The translations under genes were made by a program, and so were the position numbers. From a virus (Duplodnaviria; Caudoviricetes): a DNA stretch of 31,012 nt. The notes beneath the pieces are model-generated. The model was not told the DNA's origin, made no database searches, and saw only the letters and a list, made by a program, of their open reading frames with translations. This document shows positions 1 to 8,400 of the stretch, in pieces. The DNA lies in the IMG/VR virus record IMGVR_UViG_3300037465_000112, positions 1-31,012 of that record, one strand, 5' to 3'. Position 1 is the first letter of the stretch, and each line of letters starts with the position of its first letter.

Positions 1-14
1 AACACTCCAATCCT

Positions 15-698
15 TTAGAAGTAGATGATCTGGTGCGGAACACTGGCAGAAGCGTTGCCCCGCTTACCATCTTCTTTACCGACGCCGCCGCCGATTTGAA
101 TCGCGCGACCAAATCGCTGGGTATCGTCATTACCAATACCTGGAGACCCCGCGCTAACACTCAAGCTTCGACCTTCCGCATCGAAGGTGGTGGCCGTCAC
201 ACTGCCGGTAAGCTGTAGACCATCATCGCTTACGATGTCGGAACCAATCAACTGATTGCCTTCTGCGAAGCCTTGAATGAACACCTCATTTCCTGTAAAG
301 CCAACTAAAATTGGCTTACTCTGAAGACTCCAGCTCTCTTGCCCATACCCCACGAAATCCTTGGAATACGAGAAGCTGGTGATGAACATAGCTTCAGCCC
401 CAGTTCTATCAATTGGGGTAGTTGATCCGGTGCAGGGCGCGGGAGTAATGATTACTCCCATCTTAGCATCGCTATCCACGCACGCCGTGGACGGTGCTAA
501 GGCTATTGGGGTTGAAGCCCCACCATAGTTGGTAATGCTGATGCTTTCCTGTTCCGTAATGTTCACGTCGAAGGCATCGAAGCTTCCCAACTGAAACAAG
601 CGCTCTACACTCGGAGATAAGCTAAAGCTGACGGAAACTATTCCGCCAGAGATAATGCTGGATGTGACCGCTGTACCGGCTCCGATGATCACAGGCAT
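15..698 (-). CDS. Tail tube-fold minor tail protein (tail tip / distal tube-like)
   Basis: 227 aa. IVSVSFSLSPSVERLFQLGSFD and ITSFSYSKDFVGYGQESWSL resemble the two signature segments of the major tail protein at 23050-24939. Starts 3 nt after the upstream stop and lies in the tail-tip cluster. Confidence 0.55.
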   Translation of the reverse strand: MPVIIGAGTAVTSSIISGGIVSVSFSLSPSVERLFQLGSFDAFDVNITEQESISITNYGGASTPIALAPSTACVDSDAKMGVIITPAPCTGSTTPIDRTGAEAMFITSFSYSKDFVGYGQESWSLQSKPILVGFTGNEVFIQGFAEGNQLIGSDIVSDDGLQLTGSVTATTFDAEGRSLSVSAGSPGIGNDDTQRFGRAIQIGGGVGKEDGKRGNASASVPHQIIYF

Positions 699-701
699 TA
701 C

Positions 702-923
702 TTAGCCCTCCTTGGTAGCCTCCGCCTGAGGCTGAGTTTTCTTGGCTCCGCAAGTACCGCACGGATCCCCCATAGTCAGCGCATCGCAAGACTCGCACTT
801 CGACGCCCCCAATTCTACCTGCTGGGCTCGCTGATGGGAACTTAGGTACGCGTAGCGGGCCAAATACTCTGCGTGCGTACCACTTTTTTGGGCCCGATTA
901 TTGGGCCGTCCGCAACAAGGCAT
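702..923 (-). CDS. Small Cys-rich protein with putative zinc ribbon
   Basis: 73 aa. Begins MPCCG and contains CESC-x7-CGTC. AGGAG Shine-Dalgarno lies upstream; the ORF fits the operon gap exactly. Confidence 0.65.
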   Translation of the reverse strand: MPCCGRPNNRAQKSGTHAEYLARYAYLSSHQRAQQVELGASKCESCDALTMGDPCGTCGAKKTQPQAEATKEG

Positions 924-934
924 AGTCCGTCTCC

Positions 935-1228
935 TTAGACCGGCCGAATACCACCGCGGGGGCAGTCATCGGCACAACCGGTCATAACTAGTGTGTATCT
1001 GTGTTCAAAAACTGGAGGCAAGGATGCGGGGATAATGGAACTCACCAAATTGGTGACGTACCCTTTGAAATTCACCCCGCCAAAGGTCAAATCCGTGTAG
1101 TCGCGGGGTGGATTTACACCCGGCGTCTGTTCTGTCGAAACTACCGTAAACGATACACTGGCCAATCCATTAGACTGGTACGAGATGTTGATGGTAGGAC
1201 AGTCGATAAACTCGAATTGCTCAGCCAT
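935..1228 (-). CDS. Small beta-rich tail tip protein (possible hub-type barrel)
   Basis: 97 aa. TAATG overlap with the upstream gene. The ASVSFTV...FKGYVTNL pattern recalls the N-terminal barrels of tail hub proteins. Confidence 0.5.
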   Translation of the reverse strand: MAEQFEFIDCPTINISYQSNGLASVSFTVVSTEQTPGVNPPRDYTDLTFGGVNFKGYVTNLVSSIIPASLPPVFEHRYTLVMTGCADDCPRGGIRPV

Positions 1229-1563
1229 TAGAGGTTAGCCACTCCCGGAATTTCGTCCTCTTCAATAATCTCCTCCCGGAAAGTCTCGGTAGAGGTAAAG
1301 ATGATCCCATTGGTATCTGGATCCAGAAGTCGTTGTGCTGAATAACTGGCAGAGACATAGTTTCCACCCAGGCCAATCATGTCGTTAGAACACAGCAACT
1401 GGCTTTGATCTTCGCAGGTATCCGTGTTCTGGCGGCTGGCCTTGAAGGTCTGAAGTACAAACGAAATGGTAGCAGGCGCGGGAGCTTCTAGCGTCGCGCA
1501 CCCACCTTTGACTGGCTGAGGGGCTGACGCCCGCAGTGTATAAGAGGTTGATCTGGTTACCAT
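1228..1563 (-). CDS. Hypothetical tail tip protein
   Basis: 111 aa with TAATG overlaps at both ends; beta-strand-like composition. Confidence 0.6.
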   Translation of the reverse strand: MVTRSTSYTLRASAPQPVKGGCATLEAPAPATISFVLQTFKASRQNTDTCEDQSQLLCSNDMIGLGGNYVSASYSAQRLLDPDTNGIIFTSTETFREEIIEEDEIPGVANL

Positions 1564-2201
1564 TAGATTAGGGCTCCTTCACACGACGGGATGGAGAATT
1601 GGAACGTGTATTGGTTCGTCGCGGGGGAAGGCAAAGTAACACTAATGGAAAAATTGGTAAGTTTCACGTCCAGGCCAAGAATGTTGAAATCCAAGGAATC
1701 CGCATTCTGAGTATCGAACGCAAACGGCGGGCCCGTCCAAATCAGATCCGACCCCATAAAGCGGGTGGTATCAACAACTTGGGAAGCTGGTCCGCTAGCG
1801 GCACTGGCATTGATGGTACGAAACGAACAGAACTCTCCCAGTAAGGTGATCCCATTGATTGGATCCCCTTCTCGGAAAGCCTCCCCTGTTTTGGTACGTA
1901 TCAGGCGGGTAACGTTGTTCTCGCAGTCAAAGCGTGACTGGATGGGAAGACTTACCCCCGCTTGGGAGGGACACGAAATACCTAGGTATCGGTCTCCGCC
2001 CCGGGGAAAGGCGTACGCGGTAATGTTCAAATTCCCTGTGGAAGGGCCCTTGAGGCGCTTCCTGACGTCAGAAAACACGTTAGGCGACTGAGAACACTGA
2101 CTTACGATGTCAACGAACTCAGAAGATCCAGTTATACTGGCGGAGATAATGCCCTCAAAACCGACTTCGAAAAGTCCGGCTATGTTGCACTCGCACGCCA
2201 T
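1563..2201 (-). CDS. Minor tail protein, possible tube/distal-tail fold
   Basis: 212 aa with AGGAGG at 2213-2218. C-terminal LTNFSISVTLPSPATNQYTFQF resembles the last strands of tail tube domains. Cys-rich. Confidence 0.55.
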   Translation of the reverse strand: MACECNIAGLFEVGFEGIISASITGSSEFVDIVSQCSQSPNVFSDVRKRLKGPSTGNLNITAYAFPRGGDRYLGISCPSQAGVSLPIQSRFDCENNVTRLIRTKTGEAFREGDPINGITLLGEFCSFRTINASAASGPASQVVDTTRFMGSDLIWTGPPFAFDTQNADSLDFNILGLDVKLTNFSISVTLPSPATNQYTFQFSIPSCEGALI

Positions 2202-2219
2202 TTAGACTTCTACCTCCTA

Positions 2220-2248
2220 ATTATACGTGATCTGTTTGAGTATTTCAA
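2220..2248 (-). promoter_or_regulatory. Sigma70/SigA-type promoter
   Basis: TTGAAA (2248-2243), 17-nt spacer, TATAAT (2225-2220), all inside a 49-nt intergenic gap. Confidence 0.6.
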
Positions 2249-2250
2249 CC

Positions 2251-3150
2251 TTATTCAGAGCCGTAGACTCCGTATGCCGGGCCACCCTGTCCCAGGCTGC
2301 TGTGATCGTGGATCGGGATACCTACCACCGTAGCTCGTCCTGTAAAGGTGGCACCGCCACTCTTGGTGAAAGTAATGGTGGCTTCCCCCAACCCGCGCAT
2401 GGTCACCAGTGCGGTTCCGTCATTATTGTCTTGAATAGTAGCAATTTCCTCATCATCGATGGTCCAAAAATCACCTGTGTCATAAGAGGTACCCTGAAGA
2501 GAGAAGAGCACAGAAACTCCAGGAGATAGTGCCACAGTCTTGGGTTTGATGTCTATGATACTCGTATCGGACTCCGACCCGGACTGATCTGCCGCCTCCG
2601 GATCTTTGGCAGTATAGTAGGGATCCCAGGAAATTCGATCCGTGCGCACCAATTTAGAATTCTCGCGTAGGTTGGTATCCGGACGAGCGATGGTCTGGGA
2701 CCCACCACTTTGCTTACGAACCTCCAAAGAGATACCTCGTTGGGGGGCTTTGGACACCACATTGGTGATGGCGGCAAACGTGGTGGGCCCCCGGGTTCGC
2801 TGGCGTCGGGAAATGGTCTTACCTTCCAATTCGTGGAACCTGTCCTGCCCAGACATGTTGACTACATAGTTGGCAGCATCCTCAAAGGAAGGGTTGACCG
2901 TAATCTGCAAAACCTGGCCGGTAAAGATCTGGCGCATGTTATCTACGGTCCCAGCCTCGATTATGATGTCCTGGTCCACAGGAAAGTCTGTCGTGGCTGG
3001 TACCTCAATAGAGCAATTGAAAGAAGCAGCCAGTTGACCCCGCGACCTATTTACGCTGAACGATTGGATGTCCGGAGTTTCGAACACCAAGTTACCAAAG
3101 CGGATGCGGGCGCGGATCTTTTCCAGAACGATGTTTGCGCAACTGGTCAT
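2251..3150 (-). CDS. Tail tip protein: hub-like N-terminal barrel + Ig-like domain + C-terminal HxH
   Basis: Start re-called at 3150 because of a TAATG overlap with the upstream stop; 299 aa. IQSFSVNRSRGQLAASF...IFTGQVLQI...SGQD is typical of Mu gp44/P2 gpD-like hub N-termini. PKTVAL...WTIDDEEIATI...GEATITF is Big_2-like. Ends IPIHDHSS. Confidence 0.6.
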   Translation of the reverse strand: MTSCANIVLEKIRARIRFGNLVFETPDIQSFSVNRSRGQLAASFNCSIEVPATTDFPVDQDIIIEAGTVDNMRQIFTGQVLQITVNPSFEDAANYVVNMSGQDRFHELEGKTISRRQRTRGPTTFAAITNVVSKAPQRGISLEVRKQSGGSQTIARPDTNLRENSKLVRTDRISWDPYYTAKDPEAADQSGSESDTSIIDIKPKTVALSPGVSVLFSLQGTSYDTGDFWTIDDEEIATIQDNNDGTALVTMRGLGEATITFTKSGGATFTGRATVVGIPIHDHSSLGQGGPAYGVYGSE

Positions 3151-5429
3151 TAGATTCTCTCCACTGGGTTGTTGTAGATCTTTACCCCCACTCGATCGCC
3201 TACTGAAATATCTTCCAAGGTCATAAGCAGGCACGGGAACTCCCCGAGCCCCTCGACACGTACCGTGTATTCTGCTCCGTTACCGGCGTCTTGAATCACC
3301 ATACCTTCCCGCGAAACTTCCTCAGTTTGTAGTTGGTACTTAGGGTCGTTGAAACTACCGGCGGTCAAGTACAACGGCCCCACAGTAATGGTAATCAGAT
3401 ACTGGCTGGAGTCCGAGTAGGAATAATTGATCTCGTTGATGATACCAATTTCCCCATTCGGAAGAGGTACATAATCCCCCAGTCGGGGGGTTGACTCTGG
3501 GCCCAGGACCATAGAGTGCGTAGCAATGGTCCGATTCTGTAAGGACAAGAGGTTGCGAGCAATCTCCAAACACTCGGTTCCCTGCTTCTTTCCCTGGGGG
3601 TATGAGGGATCATCTACTTCTCCAAATGCGAAGGGAAGAGTAATGTCAATTGTGGACCCATTAGTGTTATCTTGCAGGATAGAAAGTTCGCTATCTTCCA
3701 AATCCTGATCTGTAGTTGGATCAGAGTCGATAATACCATCGGCCTGATTGATAATGCCTTCAGACGGAAGCGTTCTGGTGCCGTCAATGCTAGTAAGCGG
3801 AAACCGGGATGCATAGGCAATAGGTGCGGGCAAATCAATGATCACGATAGGTCGGTAGGATACTGAGATCTGTTTGGCCAAAGCCATGGCGTCGCCCTGC
3901 GGAGAAAAAATGTCGATGCTCGGGCGCTTACGCTCGACTACGATACACATCTGTCCTGCATTGGCCCTATAACCTAAGGAGTCCCCGATGTTACAGATGT
4001 GATCTGAAAAGTCGAGACCCGATTCTTCGGGATGCAGCAAGTCGTTGCTGGCATAAGTCACATGGGTAATTGAAGGAGCACTTCCGCCGATAGTACCATC
4101 TGGATCATCATAAAGCGAACAAATGTAGGCCGTGAAGTCGTCTTCGATTACACTAAAGAGATGCACCGTAACGTTTTCGGTGGCGGGATCAACTTCGTAA
4201 GTCCAATTCTTTCCCTGCGGAAGACTGATTAGCTCTTTAGCCGGGCGGACCACGCTCTTCATTAGGCCGGGGATACCAAATCCACTTCCAGCACCAGGGG
4301 AAGTTACTACTTGGATGATTTTTCTACCGGCGAATACTACATCCACTACTCCGATAAAGTCTGATTCCAAAACCCCAAACTTGTTCAATCGCTTGAATCT
4401 ATCCCCGTCGAGAGTAATCTGGGAACCTGCTAAAGCCGTCTCGCTAACGGAGCACTTGTCTCCCCGAGCAGAAATTGTTGTTACAGTAGCAGTAACCGTA
4501 GAGCCTGTTCCCGCCACGGCAGAATCGTAATCACCAGACAGGCCACGACTAGCAATAGTAGTTACACTTCCATCTTCATCCGTAATAGATCCAGCCAAAA
4601 CGCTGGCATTGAGCAGGCTGGAACTTACCTTGATGTATTCCTTGTAAGTATCTCCAAAGGTAATCTTGATCCCTGGCTTGTAATCGGGGTTACGAACAGG
4701 CGGGTTAGTTCCTGGCTTAAATTGTTCAGTCTCAAGTGGCATATCTAAGTCTACCAAATAGCCCATAATAGTCTCAAAGGCCTGTAGTTCGTAGGAATTT
4801 ACGATGTCGTCTAGGTAGGCCTGATCTAACTGAGGATCATCATATGTGATGGTAGCATACTGACCAGTGATAGATTCGTCACAAGAATCTTCGGCGCATT
4901 CCTTGTAGTCCATGAATTCTTTGTTCTTGAGTCCGTCAAAGGGAGGACGAATTACTCTTTGCGGGGGCGGATCATAACCACGCACGATCACCAAATCGGC
5001 AGGGGTGGTAATCTGGCTGGTAGGAATACAGTAACGCACATCCAACCCAGCGGCAGCCGTCTCTCCAGCAATATAGAATCGGGCAATTCCATTCTCGGCG
5101 ATCTCTACTTCTCCAAACCCTGGTCCACCTGTTCGGGTAGATCCAGCAGGCGGGGTATCAAGTAATTCCGCAGCCAAAGACAACTTGAGCATGGTGGTGG
5201 CATCTTGATTACGAATATCCATGCCGGGTAAAGAGCCACCCAATACTTCTCCCAAATTGAATGGAATACCAAAGGTCTCCAGCACCAGCTGGGCAACCGA
5301 ACGATCCGGTTGTGCGTCTAGAAGCTGGTTCTCTGGATTTGGGCTACCAATAACCAAATCTGTATAGCTAGGGTCTCCCCCAACCAGAACGTTTCGCCCT
5401 TCCAATTGAATCAGCGCATCCCTACCCAT
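3150..5429 (-). CDS. Large tail tip / hub protein with C-terminal OB-like fold
   Basis: 759 aa, directly after the tape measure gene, with a GAGGAG SD. PRLGDYV...IINEINYSYS...ITITVG is a hub C-terminal barrel pattern. It is followed by EGMVIQD...YTVRVEG...ISVGDRVGV (OB-like). Confidence 0.6.
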   Translation of the reverse strand: MGRDALIQLEGRNVLVGGDPSYTDLVIGSPNPENQLLDAQPDRSVAQLVLETFGIPFNLGEVLGGSLPGMDIRNQDATTMLKLSLAAELLDTPPAGSTRTGGPGFGEVEIAENGIARFYIAGETAAAGLDVRYCIPTSQITTPADLVIVRGYDPPPQRVIRPPFDGLKNKEFMDYKECAEDSCDESITGQYATITYDDPQLDQAYLDDIVNSYELQAFETIMGYLVDLDMPLETEQFKPGTNPPVRNPDYKPGIKITFGDTYKEYIKVSSSLLNASVLAGSITDEDGSVTTIASRGLSGDYDSAVAGTGSTVTATVTTISARGDKCSVSETALAGSQITLDGDRFKRLNKFGVLESDFIGVVDVVFAGRKIIQVVTSPGAGSGFGIPGLMKSVVRPAKELISLPQGKNWTYEVDPATENVTVHLFSVIEDDFTAYICSLYDDPDGTIGGSAPSITHVTYASNDLLHPEESGLDFSDHICNIGDSLGYRANAGQMCIVVERKRPSIDIFSPQGDAMALAKQISVSYRPIVIIDLPAPIAYASRFPLTSIDGTRTLPSEGIINQADGIIDSDPTTDQDLEDSELSILQDNTNGSTIDITLPFAFGEVDDPSYPQGKKQGTECLEIARNLLSLQNRTIATHSMVLGPESTPRLGDYVPLPNGEIGIINEINYSYSDSSQYLITITVGPLYLTAGSFNDPKYQLQTEEVSREGMVIQDAGNGAEYTVRVEGLGEFPCLLMTLEDISVGDRVGVKIYNNPVERI

Positions 5430-5441
5430 TCCTTACTCCTC

Positions 5442-8400
5442 TTATCGTCCCTGGGACTTGTTGAGAGCCAGTCGTGCATTGGAAATTGCCGGACCAAGAT
5501 CCTTGTTGATCTTCTTGATAGCGTCGTCTTGCTGCTTGTTAGTTTCCTCAATTCTATCGGCTCTAGCAGAGAGGTCCCTATCTGCGTTCTCACGCAGGGT
5601 CTTCTCTTGCTCAACCGCAGTCTTTGCGGCATTGGCGGTATTGGTAGCTTCTGCTGCCGCCTCTGTAGCCAGCTGGGCAGTAGTCTCCAAAGCGTCAACA
5701 CGGCTTTCTGCGGAAGCGGCTTGCTCTTCGGCCGCGGCGACGCGATCATCCAAACCAGCAATCTGATCCTGCGCACCGGCCGCAGCCTCGGTAGCGGAAG
5801 CTGCCGCCTCGGCAGCGGCGGCCAACTCGGCCTGGGCCTTTTCGATGGCGGCGTTGATCTCGGCCAGCAGTCTATCCTGTTCTTCCTTGGCTGCCTGCAA
5901 GTCCGCCTGGAGGCCTTCCAACTCAGTAAGCTTGGTTTCCAATTCTCGGGTGCTTTCCGTGGCCGTAGTAGTAGCCAAATCAGTAACTTCCGTGCGCAAT
6001 TCCTCTTTGGCTGTTTCAAGATCTGTAGCCACTTGCTGAACTGCGGTATCTAGAGTAGTCTGAAATTCGGTGAGGCGCTCATCTATTGGAGTCCCATTAG
6101 GATCGACGACTGTTTCCAAAAGAGCTAGGCGGGTTCTAGCATCGGTAACATCCGCACCGATGGCAGAAATGCCCGTGTTGATTCCCTCTGATACTTCACC
6201 CAGGTTGGATACTTCAATGGTACCACCCGTAACATTGACGTCGAGACCTTCGCCCAGCGCCTCAACAGCTGCGGTGGTGCCATCGATCTTTTCACCCAAA
6301 CCAGTGATACCTTCAAGCGCGGACACCAGCGAAGAGAATTGTTCGTTTAGGGACGCAATTGCAGCGGCTAGGGCTTCCGTATCCGCTCCGCCTGTTCCTA
6401 CTCTATCGGCCGCTGTTTCTCCGCGATCCGAACGCTGTTCGATATCGTCGCGAGTACCTGCCCCGGTACCTCTATCCGTGGAAGTAAGACCGGGGGTTGC
6501 AGTTGCGTTGCCGGTAATAGCCCGCGCTTGACTTTCGGCCTGTAGATTTCGATTAGTAAGGCCTTGGGCCGGCGGCAGCATCTTAGATTCGAGGGCCTGG
6601 AACAAAGCACTTGAATTCTGAATCCTCTCCAGCATTTGTTGAGGAGTCATACCCTGCGCCTTGGGATGGATATCTTCAAAGGCACCCGGGGTAAAGACGC
6701 GAGTGGCGGGAGATCTCTGCTCTAGAGCAGCCAGTGTTCGCAAATTCTCTGCTTCGGTTAGCGGTCCGCCCGTACTCCTGGCTTTGATGGTTTGGGCCTG
6801 CGTAAACATATCTTCCATGCCGCCGGTGTAGGTTCTAGCCTCACCCTTGTAGACGTTGACGGCACCAGGTACGCGCTGTCCCAAATCATAAGCGGGACGA
6901 GGGGCTTCCTGCAACCCACCCTTCGGTAGGAAAGAAATTCCTTCCTGTTGCAATGCCCCCAACCAAGCCCACGGCTCAGGGCGGGCTTGCGATGGAACTG
7001 GAGCAACACCTGCCGCAGCAGGAACCGCCCCCATCACAGGGGCCGCACCGGGAACAGGCGCGACGGGGGGCCGGGCACCAGCTATCATACCCGCAGGCTG
7101 GCCGGCAGCAGTTACTTGTGGAGCACCGGGGCCGCCGAGCCAGGTAGGCACGTTAAGTTCGGATAGCCACTTTCCAATTCCGGTCTGGCCATACTTTTCA
7201 CCTGCCCATGCGCCTGGCCGGCTAATCTGATTACCAAGCCAACCGGCTGCACCCGAAAGAGCACCACCTGTCTTCTCATCATAGTATTGCCCAGCGACAC
7301 GCATAGGTTCGGAAGTTAGAAGTCCAACACCTGCACCAGCGAGACCACCCAACACACCACCGGCGGCTGCACCGATCGGCCCGCCGAGCATACCTCCCAA
7401 GCCGGCCCCGGCCATTGCACCGCCGGTAGTCAATCCCCAGAAACCCGCCTGTTCCCCTAGGTCACCAGCCACAGCAGCCCGCTGTTCAGGGGTTTGAGCC
7501 AACCCTGCGCGGTGGAGAACACCGCCCATTTGGGCACCACCCACGGCACTGCCTGCCATTGCCAATCCCCTGGCACCAGTCCCAAGTACTCTACCTAGGC
7601 GGGCCCTTCTAGCCGCAGCGGCCGCCTTCTGGGCATCTTCCGCCATAAGTTCTTGGGCCCCCGCCTTCGAAATGTTGATGCGCGCGACCGGCTCGTAGCC
7701 GATTCCGCTCGGCCTGCTTATCTCGTTCACGAGGGTATCCGAGCCCTCATAAACCGGTTTTGCGCCGGGCACTAGCTCGAAATTTGTCCCTGTGGCCCGG
7801 GCCGCCTTCTGATATGTCTTAAGCTGGCTAGCCGATGTGGTAAAGGTGCTCTCGATAGCATCCATTCCCTGCTCTCGCGCCCACTCTACCATCTTGCGCA
7901 TTCGAGATGAACCAATGCCTTTGCCCTGTAATTCTGCCGGCAAGGGCCCTTCTGTGATGTGTTGCGCCTTAAGGAGCTTGCGTCCGCCCTCATTCTCAAT
8001 CTCAAATTGCTGAAAGCCCACTACCTTGTCGTTTAGATAAGAAGCCACACGCACAATATGGTCAGCTTCTTTCTCGATGACGTTGGTAACAGTGCCCAAT
8101 GCCGTTTCAATCTCGTCGGACATTATTGAGCCAGTGACGACGCCGGCAGCGGACCCTCTAATACGAGAGCCAGCGGCGGTTAGAGCACCAAGGGCAACCG
8201 GACCACTAATCCCCGCTTGCTGTGCCTCTAGAGGAGATCCTACCGCGGTGCGTAGGGCCGCAGGTGCCACACCCGTAGGGGTGGTTATTGGAGCGACCGC
8301 AGTTCCGGCCGCAGGTGTTCCACCAGTACTCATAACTGCAGCACTGGCCTGTTGCATGGCAGAAACCTGCTGATTCTGTACTTGTTCTATACACTTGATG

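Noticed and set aside
3151-3234. Upstream start at 3234 for the 327-aa ORF
   Set aside because: It overlaps the previous gene by 85 nt; the TAATG-coupled ATG at 3150 fits the operon pattern.
5411-6019. 202-aa alternate-frame minus ORF over the tape measure C-terminus
   Set aside because: An Arg/Pro/Leu-rich by-product of Ala/Glu codon runs. I saw no SD or slippery site to support it.
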